Position numbers and translations under genes: made by a program. The notes beneath the pieces were generated by a model that was given only the letters and a program-made list of their open reading frames with translations, was not told the DNA's origin and ran no database searches. DNA of 64,000 nt. Origin: an uncultured bacterium. Its GTDB lineage: Bacteria; Desulfobacterota_D; UBA1144; Nemesobacterales; UBA2774. Below, piece by piece: positions 32,507-41,905 of this stretch. The stretch covers positions 160,001 to 224,000 of the forward strand of contig CAWGRW010000009.1 in assembly GCA_963825135.1 (NCBI GenBank), in the 5' to 3' direction. The first letter of the stretch is position 1; each line of letters begins with the position of its first letter.

Positions 32507-33475
32507 TCAAACCCATACGCCCATATACTCGAGCGCGCGCCTGATGCTTGCCGGGGTCTGGGTCTCACCGCGGCATGCGTACCAGCACGCGGTGCACTTG
32601 GTCTCTTCGTAGAGCTTCGGGGAATATTCGGAGTAGTGAGTGGTAATCGGCATTTCGGAGCACCGTTTTAAATGCCCGGACGGCGTGACCTGTATGTGGC
32701 TTATCCCCGCCGTGCATCCCGGTATCCCGCCCGTCTCGAAATACCTCGGAATCTCTTTCAGGTAGTACTCGGTCGATAATATCGTCCCCTTCCAGGTCTT
32801 CCTCAGCCTGATGAGCTCGGCGACGAGGTTCTTCACCCTTTCGAGCTCTTTAGGATGCACGAAATGGGTCTCGTTGTTCGTCTTCATGACGGAGTACGAG
32901 CTGAAAGAGATGCCTATCCCCCACTCCCTCGCCTTGGCCGCGAGCTCCGGTATGGAGTCGATGTTGTCTTCCATGATAATAGTGTTGAGCGTCACCTTCC
33001 CCTTTGGGAACCTCTTTCCGAGAACGGGAAGCAGCTCCGAGAGGTGGTCCCAGAGGCCGGGCACGCCCCTGTACGTGTCGTGCGTCTTCCCCGGGAAGTC
33101 GAGCGATATCGCTATCTGGTTTATCCCGGCGTCGTATAGCTCCTTCGCCTTATCGACCGTGAGAAGGTCTCCCTTCGTGACCATCGACGTGAATATGAAA
33201 TAGGACGACTCCTTCACCTGTCTGACTATATCCGGCAGGTCCTTTCTAAGCATGGGCTCGCCGCCCGTGATCACGACCACGAGGGGGTTAATGAGCTTTA
33301 TGACGGGGCGGTAATCGTATATGCGCTCCTCGTGCCTCGTCTGCCAGTAGTCGCAGAAATCGCACTTTGCGTTGCAGAGCTTCGTGATTTCGAGGTTAAC
33401 GAGCTTGGGACGCCCCGTGAACCGGGTCTGGAAATATTTGATGGCCCCGAAGAGGCTTTCCTGAGGTGTAATCAT
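32507..33475 (-). CDS. Radical SAM protein with C-terminal SPASM/twitch-like Cys cluster
   Basis: CNAKCDFC, TGGEP, CTAG..TPSG..C, CTACWYAC. Confidence 0.88.
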   Translation of the reverse strand: MITPQESLFGAIKYFQTRFTGRPKLVNLEITKLCNAKCDFCDYWQTRHEERIYDYRPVIKLINPLVVVITGGEPMLRKDLPDIVRQVKESSYFIFTSMVTKGDLLTVDKAKELYDAGINQIAISLDFPGKTHDTYRGVPGLWDHLSELLPVLGKRFPKGKVTLNTIIMEDNIDSIPELAAKAREWGIGISFSSYSVMKTNNETHFVHPKELERVKNLVAELIRLRKTWKGTILSTEYYLKEIPRYFETGGIPGCTAGISHIQVTPSGHLKRCSEMPITTHYSEYSPKLYEETKCTACWYACRGETQTPASIRRALEYMGVWV

Positions 33476-33625
33476 TATAGAATTTATACATAACCCGCCG
33501 GCGGATTTCAAGCGAAGCCGGCAATCTCGGCAAATTACCGGCTGAATACATTGGCATTATTCAACAAAAAGGGGCGAGGGCTCCTTGTGCGGATTAATCC
33601 GGCCCACATCACGCAACAAAACATA

Positions 33626-33654
33626 TTGACTTATCCCTCCCGATTTATTTTAAT
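33626..33654 (+). promoter_or_regulatory. Putative sigma70 promoter
   Basis: TTGACT-17-TTTAAT; homologous promoter before the paralogue. Confidence 0.6.
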
Positions 33655-33697
33655 AGTTGGAATATGGTTATCTGCTTGTATATGCAAGGGGTGAGGG

Positions 33698-34003
33698 ATG
33701 TCTATTAAGCTTATAAAGAAAGAGCTTTTTCAATGCGACCATACGGACGAGGACGGGGAGAGGTGCGAGAGAGAGGGGAGCAGGGACTCGATAAAGACGT
33801 GCGGGCTGTGCGGCATGGACATCTGCATCACGCACTACGAGCTCGTAACGGTGACGCTCCAGGGGACGCGCGACCATTTCACGTACTATTTCTGCGCCAA
33901 CCATACGGACGAGTTCCTGGAGACCCTCGCCCGTAAATACGGCGATACGAGGCCCATACCCCAGACGGGGTACGGCGTCACCCTGCCGCGGATGCGCCAC
34001 TGA
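33698..34003 (+). CDS. Small Cys/His-rich zinc-finger-like protein, paralogue 1
   Basis: FQCDH..GERC..TCGLC..ICITH..FCANH..GDTRP. Confidence 0.75.
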   Translation: MSIKLIKKELFQCDHTDEDGERCEREGSRDSIKTCGLCGMDICITHYELVTVTLQGTRDHFTYYFCANHTDEFLETLARKYGDTRPIPQTGYGVTLPRMRH

Positions 34004-34031
34004 CGGCGAGCGGGGGGGTAATACATCCGTA

Positions 34032-34060
34032 TTGACATCGGGGGCAGGATTTAGTTTAAT
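34032..34060 (+). promoter_or_regulatory. Putative sigma70 promoter
   Basis: TTGACA-17-TTTAAT. Confidence 0.6.
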
Positions 34061-34138
34061 CACTGTGGGGGGGGCTGCTGGTACGGGCGGGCGGCGGGTT
34101 TAATTACAGGCTACGGATTTACATAAAGGAGATTAGAT

Positions 34139-34423
34139 ATGTCGAGCAAATCCATCACGGTTGAAATATTCCAGTGCGACCACGTAAACGACGACGGCGA
34201 GCGCTGCGCGAGCGAGGGGGAGAGGGTAACGATAAAGACGTGCGCCCTCTGCCATAAGGACCTCTGCAGCAGGCATTACGAGCAGATAAGCGTATCGAGC
34301 CGCGGCGGCAGGGACTCCCTCCTCTATCATTTTTGCGACGAGCACACGCAGGAATTCATGGATACGCTCATAAACACGTTCGGCGACACGAGGCCCGTCG
34401 CCTACGCCGGCATGGCGAAGTGA
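34139..34423 (+). CDS. Small Cys/His-rich zinc-finger-like protein, paralogue 2
   Basis: FQCDH..GERC..TCALC..LCSRH..FCDEH..GDTRP; AAGGAG RBS. Confidence 0.78.
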   Translation: MSSKSITVEIFQCDHVNDDGERCASEGERVTIKTCALCHKDLCSRHYEQISVSSRGGRDSLLYHFCDEHTQEFMDTLINTFGDTRPVAYAGMAK

Positions 34424-34680
34424 CACACACATAGCGTGTTTCTACGATTCTACCCAAGCTCCTCAGCCCTGCCAGCGTCACGCATGTCATTGCGAGGCTT
34501 TGCGAAGCCACTGCAATTCGTCGAGAATCTTTTCTCCTTTTCTCCCGACATTACAGAATTTGCGTAAAGAAAATCGATTGTACGAGCGTTAAGAATCTTC
34601 CACGGTATGGGGTTGAATTGGAAGATTTAGCGAGTACATGAGATTTTTAGCACAATTCTGTAGTCGGATGATTTTTGCTT

Positions 34681-34873
34681 CTTTTCATCAAGGAAAAGAA
34701 GGATAAAAAAAACAGCCTCTCACTTTTCATTGTCTTTTCATAAAACGCGCTACGTGTGTCTTTTCATCGAGGAAGAGAAGGATAAAAAAATAGCCTTTCG
34801 CTGTACTTCCTTGTCTTTCCATAAAACACACTACGTGTGTTCATCAAGGAAAAGAAGAAATAGAAAGCTTGCC
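34681..34873. repeat. ~79-bp imperfect tandem repeat (~2.4 copies)
   Basis: TTCATC(A/G)AGGAA.AGAAG recurs near 34684, 34763 and 34840; CATAAAAC.C.CTACGTGTGT twice. Confidence 0.8.
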
Positions 34874-34954
34874 TATTCATTGTCTGTTGATTACCCACTC
34901 TGCTCCCCCCACCTATACAATCCCCCAGATTTACGTTATTTTTTATGGACGCAC

Positions 34955-36508
34955 ATGAAAATAGCGACGCGCGAAATAGTAAGGGAGATAGACGCCCTGT
35001 CGATAGAGAAGCACGGCATACCGGGCCTCGTGCTGATGGAGAACGCAGGGCGCGCCGCGGCCGACGTCGTCATCGAGGAATTCCCCCACGCCGACAGCGT
35101 AGCCGTATTCGCCGGGGGCGGGAACAACGGGGGCGACGGTTTTGTCATCGCCCGCCATTTGATGGGACAGGGCGTTAGGGTAACCACATACCTCGCGGCA
35201 GGCTCCGCGAAATACAGGGGCGACGCGCTCTCGAACCTGAAAGCGCTCAAAAAATCGGGGGGCGAAGTCGTCGAGCTTGACGGGAGCTTGAGGAAATATA
35301 AGCAGGCGGACCTGATAGTGGACGCCCTCTTCGGCACCGGTCTGGACAGAAAGGTCGAAGGGTTTAATAAAAAGATAATAGAGTTCATGAATAATCAGCC
35401 CGTCCCGCGGGTCGCGGTCGACCTGCCTTCGGGCATAGACGCGAATACGGGCTTCCCCCTCGGGGCGGCCGTCAGGGCGGACGTGACCGTAACGTTCGTG
35501 CTTCCAAAGATCGGAATCTCGATATACCCCGGACTCGACTATGCGGGCAGGATATACGTAGCCGACATCACCACGCCGAAACACCTGGAGGACGGCATAC
35601 CGTACGAGCTGCTCACCCGCGCGTCCGTGGGCGGGATACTCTCGCCGCGCCGCGCCGATACGCACAAGGGCACATACGGCCACCTCTTCATTCTGGCGGG
35701 CTCTCCCGGAAAGACCGGGGCCGCGACTCTCGCTTCTCTCGGCGCCCTCAGGGTAGGCACAGGGCTCGTTACGGTGGGGATACCCGCGAGCCTGAACGAC
35801 ATAATGGAGGTAAAGACGACGGAGGCTATGACCGAGCCGCTTCCCGAGACCGACCTCCGCACGCTCGGAAGGGTCTCCGTAAAGCGCGCGAAGGGAATCA
35901 TCGCCAATAAGAAAACGGCCCTCGCTGTAGGGCCCGGCATCTCGACCACGGAAGAGACGCGCGGGTTCCTGTACGAAATTATCAGGTCGTGCGAAATTCC
36001 GGCGGTTATAGATGCCGACGCGCTCACGCTTATAGCGGAAGACCCGGGGATTCTTCGCGGAGCGAAGGCCCCCATCGTGCTCACGCCGCACCCGGGCGAG
36101 ATGTCCCGGCTCGCGGGCATAACGACCGACGAAGTGGAGCGGGACAGGATAGGCGTGTCCCTCGATTTCGCGAGAAAGCATAAAGTCATTCTCGTCCTCA
36201 AGGGGGCGAGGTCCCTCGTAACTACGCCCGGAGGGCACGTCTACGTAAACACGTCGGGCAACCCCGGCATGGCGTCGGGCGGCATGGGGGACGTACTCAC
36301 GGGCGTCATAGGGGGCTTTCTCGCCCAGCGCATCCTGCCCGAGGACGCGGCCAGGCTCGGGGTCTTCCTTCACGGACTTGCCGGAGACATAGCCGCCCGG
36401 GAGCGGGGACAGGTCGGACTGATAGCGGGCGACCTCGCCGATACCCTCCCCGGGGCCATCCGGGAGCTTCCGGAATCGGACGAGGAGCCTTTCTTCCGAA
36501 TCCGCTGA
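34955..36508 (+). CDS. nnr: Bifunctional NAD(P)H-hydrate epimerase/dehydratase
   Basis: LMENAG, GNNGGDG, DALFGTG, HKGTYG, TPHPGE, GG.GDVL. Confidence 0.93.
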   Translation: MKIATREIVREIDALSIEKHGIPGLVLMENAGRAAADVVIEEFPHADSVAVFAGGGNNGGDGFVIARHLMGQGVRVTTYLAAGSAKYRGDALSNLKALKKSGGEVVELDGSLRKYKQADLIVDALFGTGLDRKVEGFNKKIIEFMNNQPVPRVAVDLPSGIDANTGFPLGAAVRADVTVTFVLPKIGISIYPGLDYAGRIYVADITTPKHLEDGIPYELLTRASVGGILSPRRADTHKGTYGHLFILAGSPGKTGAATLASLGALRVGTGLVTVGIPASLNDIMEVKTTEAMTEPLPETDLRTLGRVSVKRAKGIIANKKTALAVGPGISTTEETRGFLYEIIRSCEIPAVIDADALTLIAEDPGILRGAKAPIVLTPHPGEMSRLAGITTDEVERDRIGVSLDFARKHKVILVLKGARSLVTTPGGHVYVNTSGNPGMASGGMGDVLTGVIGGFLAQRILPEDAARLGVFLHGLAGDIAARERGQVGLIAGDLADTLPGAIRELPESDEEPFFRIR

Positions 36509-36544
36509 TTTCACTCGTTTTTTTAATTCACCGAAAATACCTAC

Positions 36545-37054
36545 ATGACGAAAAGAGAGAGTATGGACATTCTGGTAACGGATGCGGAGGAGACGATAAA
36601 ACTGGGTGAGATTATTGGCAAATCGCTCGAACCCGGTAGTATTATCGCCCTTAGGGGCGGCCTGGGCGCGGGCAAAACCGTCCTCGTAAAGGGTATAGCG
36701 AGGGGGCTCGGCATTGAAGACGAGCCGGTGAGCCCCACGTTCGTTATAATGAACGCGTACGAGGGCAGGATACCGCTTTACCACTTCGACCTCTACAGGA
36801 TCTCGGGCGCGGACGAGCTCCTGGGCATAGGCTCCGACGAATTTTTATTCGGCGAAGGGGTGTCGGCCGTCGAGTGGGCGGAGAGGGTTCGGGAAATATT
36901 TCCTGAATATACTATATATATCGATATAAAAATCCCGGACCCCGAAGGCGGCGTCCCGGAAAACACGCGGGAAATCAGGATAGAAGGAAAAAAGGAATGG
37001 GTCTCATCGTTCAGAAGTACGGCGGAACAAGCGTTTCCGGCCTCGACAAGATAA
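36545..37054 (+). CDS. tsaE: tRNA t6A ATPase TsaE
   Basis: GLGAGKT, SPTF, HFDLYR, VEW. Confidence 0.93.
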   Translation: MTKRESMDILVTDAEETIKLGEIIGKSLEPGSIIALRGGLGAGKTVLVKGIARGLGIEDEPVSPTFVIMNAYEGRIPLYHFDLYRISGADELLGIGSDEFLFGEGVSAVEWAERVREIFPEYTIYIDIKIPDPEGGVPENTREIRIEGKKEWVSSFRSTAEQAFPASTR

Positions 37055-38229
37055 AGTGGGTAGCGGGACACGTCATCAGGACGAAGGGGAAGGGGAACGA
37101 CGTCCTCGTCGTGGTCTCGGCCATGGCGGGCGAGACCGACAAGCTCGTCAAGCTGTCGCTCCGGATAATGGACCCCCCTGACGAGCGGGAGCTCGACGTC
37201 GTGACATCGAGCGGGGAGCAGGTCTCCTCGGGACTGCTCGCGATGTCCATAAAATCCCTCGGGCATGAAGCGCTATCGCTGCAGGGCCATCAGGTGAGGA
37301 TCGTCACCGACAACGCCCATTCCAAGGCCAAAATAGTCAGGATAGACGCAGAGAAGATAAAGAAGGCGCTCGGCGAGGGAAAGATCGTCGTCGTGGCGGG
37401 TTTCCAGGGGGTGGACGAGGAGGGCAACGTCACGACCCTCGGCAGGGGAGGCTCGGACCTCACGGCGGTCGCGCTCGCGGCCGCGCTCAACGCGGACTCC
37501 TGCGAGCTATACAAAGACGACGTCGACGGCATATACACGTCAGACCCCGGCATGGTGCCCACGGCGAGGAAGCTCGACAAGATATCATACGAGGAGATGC
37601 TCGAGCTGGCGAGCCTCGGCTCGAAGGTGCTCCAGGCGAGGGCCGTCGAGTTCGCCATGAAATTCGGCGTAACGCTCCACGTCCGTCCCACCGCAAAACC
37701 GGATACCGAAGGAACGTGGGTAGTAGAGGAGGAAAAAATGACTCACCTGGAAAACATTCTCATATCGGGGGTATCGTCTGACAAGAACCAGGCGAAGATC
37801 ACCATCACGCAGGTGCCCGACAGCCCCGGCATCGCGGCTAAAATATTCACGCCACTGAGCGAAAACGGCATCATCGTCGACATGATAGTCCAGAACGTCA
37901 GCATAGAGGGGCACACCGACATGACGTTCACCGTGCCGAGGACAGAATTTAAAAAATCGATTATACTAACAGAAAAGGTGGCGAAGCAGCTCGGGGCGAA
38001 AAATATGATATCCGACGACAAGATAGCCAAGGTATCGCTCGTCGGCGTCGGAATGAAAACCCACTCCGGAGTGGCGAGCCGCATGTTCTCGACTCTCGCG
38101 AAAGAGGGCATAAATATTCTGATGATAAGCACTTCGGAAATAAAGATTTCGTGCGTCGTAGAGGAGAAATACACGGAGCTCGCGGTAAGGGCGCTCCACG
38201 ACGCGTTCGAGCTGGGGGAAAAGAAATGA
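36997..38229 (+). CDS. lysC: Aspartate kinase
   Basis: [17 protein letters not shown], two ACT domains. Confidence 0.95.
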   Translation: MGLIVQKYGGTSVSGLDKIKWVAGHVIRTKGKGNDVLVVVSAMAGETDKLVKLSLRIMDPPDERELDVVTSSGEQVSSGLLAMSIKSLGHEALSLQGHQVRIVTDNAHSKAKIVRIDAEKIKKALGEGKIVVVAGFQGVDEEGNVTTLGRGGSDLTAVALAAALNADSCELYKDDVDGIYTSDPGMVPTARKLDKISYEEMLELASLGSKVLQARAVEFAMKFGVTLHVRPTAKPDTEGTWVVEEEKMTHLENILISGVSSDKNQAKITITQVPDSPGIAAKIFTPLSENGIIVDMIVQNVSIEGHTDMTFTVPRTEFKKSIILTEKVAKQLGAKNMISDDKIAKVSLVGVGMKTHSGVASRMFSTLAKEGINILMISTSEIKISCVVEEKYTELAVRALHDAFELGEKK

Positions 38230-39827
38230 GCCGGGATTCGGTAAAGATATACGACGTTACGCTCAGGGACGGGACTCAGGGAGAGAGTATATCGTTCTCG
38301 ATCCACGACAAGCTGAGGATCGCCCAGAAGCTCGACGAGCTCGGCGTGCATTACATCGAAGGCGGGTGGCCGGGCTCGAACGAAAGGGACGAGGGGTTCT
38401 TCGAGGAAGCCAAGAAGCTCCGGCTTGGAAAAGCCAGAATCGCTGCTTTCGGCAGCACGAGACGCACGGGGAAGACGTGCGAGGAGGACGGGAGCATACA
38501 GGCGCTGCTCAAAGCCGAGACCCCCGCCGTTACCATCGTCGGCAAGAGCTGGGACTTCCACGTAAAGGAAGCCTTGAGGATACCGCTTAAGGAAAACCTG
38601 GAAATAATCCACGACTCCGTTACGTACCTCAAGAAATACGTCGACGAGGTATTCTTCGACGCCGAGCACTTCTTCGACGGGTACAAGCACAACCCCAAAT
38701 ATGCCATCGAGTCTATAAAGGCGGCTCATGACGCCGGAGCCGACGTCCTCGTGCTCTGCGACACCAACGGCGGCACTCTCCCCTGGGAGATAGAGGAGAC
38801 CGTGAGGGACGTGAACTTGAAGCTCGACAGCCCGCACCTGGGCATACACACGCACAACGACGGCGAAGTGGGCGTCGCCAACACGCTCTACGCCGTGAGG
38901 GAAGGCGTGAGGCAGGTGCAGGGGACGATGAACGGATACGGGGAGAGGTGCGGCAACGCGAACCTCTGCTCGATCCTGCCCAACCTCAAGCTCAAGCTCG
39001 GCATAGACTGCATAGAAGAGGACGAGCTCAGGAGGCTCTACGAGGTTTCCCATTTCATACACGAGCTCACGAATCTGCCGCCGCTCAGGCACAGGCCTTT
39101 CGTAGGGGAGAGCGCCTTCGCCCACAAGGGCGGGCTCCACGTGAGCGCGGTCATGAAAAAATCGGAGACCTACGAGCACGTAAACCCGGACGTCGTCGGG
39201 AACCGCAGACGCATCCTCATATCCGACCTCTCCGGGCGGAGCAACATCATCTACAAGGCAAAGGAGTTAGGCATTGAGCTCGACCCACAGGACAAGCGCA
39301 TCAACAATATCCTGAATGAGCTCAAGAAGCTCGAGAACGAGGGGTACGAGTTCGAAGGCGCGGACGCATCATTTGAGCTTCTCGTGAGGAAGGCGCTCGG
39401 GGAGTTCAGAAAGGCGTTTGAGTTAAAGAGCGTCCGCACGATAACCGAGAAAAGGAACGAGGACGAGGAGCCCGTAACCGAGGCGACTCTCATAGTGCAG
39501 GTGGACGGCGTAACCGAGCACATGGCCGCGATAGGAAACGGCCCGGTGCACGCGCTCGACCAGGGCTTGAGGAAGGCGCTCGAAAAGTTCTATCCCAACT
39601 TAAAAGAGGTCACTCTGAAGGACTACAGGGTGAGGGTGCTTGCGAGACAGCACGGTACGGACGCCGTGGTGAGGGTGCTCATAGAATCGGGCGACGGCGA
39701 GAGCGACTGGAGCACCGTGGGGGTCTCCCAGAACATAGTCGAGGCCAGCTGGAAGGCGCTCGTCGACAGCATCGACTATAAGATACTCAAGGACGAATCC
39801 AAACGCGCCGCCAAAGCGCGGGGTTAA
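38226..39827 (+). CDS. cimA: Citramalate synthase (LeuA/CimA family)
   Basis: [42 protein letters not shown]. Confidence 0.88.
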   Translation: MSRDSVKIYDVTLRDGTQGESISFSIHDKLRIAQKLDELGVHYIEGGWPGSNERDEGFFEEAKKLRLGKARIAAFGSTRRTGKTCEEDGSIQALLKAETPAVTIVGKSWDFHVKEALRIPLKENLEIIHDSVTYLKKYVDEVFFDAEHFFDGYKHNPKYAIESIKAAHDAGADVLVLCDTNGGTLPWEIEETVRDVNLKLDSPHLGIHTHNDGEVGVANTLYAVREGVRQVQGTMNGYGERCGNANLCSILPNLKLKLGIDCIEEDELRRLYEVSHFIHELTNLPPLRHRPFVGESAFAHKGGLHVSAVMKKSETYEHVNPDVVGNRRRILISDLSGRSNIIYKAKELGIELDPQDKRINNILNELKKLENEGYEFEGADASFELLVRKALGEFRKAFELKSVRTITEKRNEDEEPVTEATLIVQVDGVTEHMAAIGNGPVHALDQGLRKALEKFYPNLKEVTLKDYRVRVLARQHGTDAVVRVLIESGDGESDWSTVGVSQNIVEASWKALVDSIDYKILKDESKRAAKARG

Positions 39828-39906
39828 ACTGCATAAGGATTTTCCCGGATAACAAACCCCGGTTGTAAAAGCGGCTTCCGGTGCGGCACGCAATACCCGC
39901 GCGCCT

Positions 39907-40437
39907 TCACGACCAGACGGGCTTCGGGAGTCCGTACGCGAACAGGAATATCATGTACACGAGCCAGTACGTGATAAGCCCCACGACGCACACCCATATT
40001 GCGTTCCACGTGTTCTTGAAGTCGAGCGCCTGCCTCACGCCGATTATCATCGCGACGAGAGTCCAGACCCATACGACCAGAAGGACGACCGCGGTAAGGT
40101 TGTGCACGACCGCGAAGACCCTGAACATTCCGGGGGCGCTCGCGAACCCGAGCACGCGCATTATCTCCCACTGGTCGCTCCTCGTATCGGATTCCGGGAA
40201 GAGCTTGGTGCCGATAATGTAGATGAGGAAGGCGAGCAGCATCCAGAGCACGAAGTTCGTGATCGTGCCCAGTATCAGGCCCCTGTAATCGCCCGATTGA
40301 TAGCTGTATATACCCCTCGCGAGGCTCGCGAGAAAGACGACGACGACCGCCTGCCACATCGAGCTCTTGTCGTGCTCCACTTCTTCGTACAGCTCCGGAT
40401 CGAGCGTGAGCGCCCTTATTACTCTCTTAATAAACAC
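39907..40437 (-). CDS. Yip1-family membrane protein, copy 3
   Basis: LD..LYEEVE.D...QA, R..GFA.APG, VRQALD. Confidence 0.75.
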   Translation of the reverse strand: MFIKRVIRALTLDPELYEEVEHDKSSMWQAVVVVFLASLARGIYSYQSGDYRGLILGTITNFVLWMLLAFLIYIIGTKLFPESDTRSDQWEIMRVLGFASAPGMFRVFAVVHNLTAVVLLVVWVWTLVAMIIGVRQALDFKNTWNAIWVCVVGLITYWLVYMIFLFAYGLPKPVWS

Positions 40438-40576
40438 GGATGCGGTTCACCTCGGGAACAGTGAATATAGGGATTACAAGATAAATCCAACGAATCCATA
40501 AGTCAAAGTTATTTAACCGCCGGCTGTCCGGATAAAATATCGCCTGACCGGACTCCAACCCTGCGAACCGCGCCTT

Positions 40577-41101
40577 CTATGCGGCGCCCCGGTTCACGAA
40601 GAACGAATTTACCAAAACGTTAATGATAAAATATATGACCGCGCCCAATATACACACCCCCGCGGCGCGCCACGTGCTCTTGTAGTCGAGCGCCTGCCTT
40701 ACGGCTATGACCATCGCCACGAACATCCAGACCGTCAGAACGATAGCGATAAACTTTCCCGCAACCGGTATTAATAAGAGAAAGAGGAAGATTCCGGGCG
40801 ACCGCGCGAATCCTATTACCCTGAGCAGCTCTCCCATATCCGATTCGGTCTGAGGCTCGGGCAGGAGCTTCGTGCCGATCACAAAAGTCAGGAACGCCCA
40901 TATAAACCACCCGATCAGGTCCAATACCGTCCCGACTATTATTCCCTCTATTCCCAAAATCCCGATCGAGCCGATGCCCGCAGCGATGCTTACCATTACG
41001 ACCACCAGCATCGCCTGCCACATCGAGCCCTTGTCGTGCTCCACCTCTTCGTAAAGCTCCGGGTCGAGCCTGAGCGCCCTTATGATTCTTTTAATCAACA
41101 C
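40577..41101 (-). CDS. Yip1-family membrane protein, copy 2
   Basis: Paralogue of both neighbours. Confidence 0.75.
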   Translation of the reverse strand: MLIKRIIRALRLDPELYEEVEHDKGSMWQAMLVVVMVSIAAGIGSIGILGIEGIIVGTVLDLIGWFIWAFLTFVIGTKLLPEPQTESDMGELLRVIGFARSPGIFLFLLLIPVAGKFIAIVLTVWMFVAMVIAVRQALDYKSTWRAAGVCILGAVIYFIINVLVNSFFVNRGAA

Positions 41102-41282
41102 TTATGCGGCTCACCTCTCGATTGGGATACAGGAGTGTAAAATCAACGCTTCGAAAATTGAAAGTCAAAGCGATAAAAGCATATCAGATAATTTCTGAAT
41201 ATTAATTCCCGCCTCGGCTTTCAGAAAGGCTCCCCGAAGACGCTGCCGCCGCTTAAACCGTCTCCGCGATACCGGCGATGAA

Positions 41283-41825
41283 TCAGTTGCCGGTCTGAGC
41301 CGCGGGATTTACACCGATAATCGTGAACAGGAACGTCATGATTACCAGATAGACTATAAAGCCGATTACGCAAACCCCGACCGCGCGCCATGTACTCTTG
41401 TAATCTAGCGCCTGCCGCACCGCGATTATCATCGCAACGAGCATCCATATCCCGACTGCGAACGATATGATCGCCCCCACGACCGGGATCACCCCGAGAA
41501 TGCGGAGCACGCCCGGGGAGCTCGAAAACCCGATGGTCCGGAGCATCTCTCCCATATCGGTTTTCGTCTCCGGCTCCGGCAGGAGCTTCGTCCCTATAAA
41601 GAAAGTCAGGAACGCCCATATAAACCAGCCTACGAGAGCGGCGATAGTGGTGACTATCAGCCCCTCTATCCCAAACACCCCCAGAGAGCCGATACCGGCG
41701 GCAACGCTCGACAGGACGACGATAATAACAGCCTGCCCCATAGACCCCTTGTCGGCCTCGACCTCCTCATAAAGACTCACGTCCAGCTTTGAAGCCCTGA
41801 TCATGCGATCGATCAAACTGGCCAT
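41283..41825 (-). CDS. Yip1-family membrane protein, copy 1
   Basis: Paralogue of both neighbours; GGAGG RBS. Confidence 0.75.
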   Translation of the reverse strand: MASLIDRMIRASKLDVSLYEEVEADKGSMGQAVIIVVLSSVAAGIGSLGVFGIEGLIVTTIAALVGWFIWAFLTFFIGTKLLPEPETKTDMGEMLRTIGFSSSPGVLRILGVIPVVGAIISFAVGIWMLVAMIIAVRQALDYKSTWRAVGVCVIGFIVYLVIMTFLFTIIGVNPAAQTGN

Positions 41826-41905
41826 CTTCTTTCCTCCTCTATGCTTTCATGAATATGCACATAATAAAACCTTAGCGCGGATTCGTCAAAGAGGGGGGGG
41901 AAGTT

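Noticed and set aside
32507..34423. RiPP cluster (radical SAM plus Cys-rich precursors)
   Set aside because: The small proteins look like folded Zn fingers, are divergently transcribed, and no RRE, peptidase or transporter is adjacent
34681..34873. Possible CRISPR array
   Set aside because: Whole units repeat with no unique spacers, under three copies, and no cas genes in the window
34943..39179. Long antisense ORFs (613 aa and 478 aa) and many similar shadow ORFs
   Set aside because: They lie opposite well-supported genes (nnr, lysC, cimA), as expected from GC-rich codon bias
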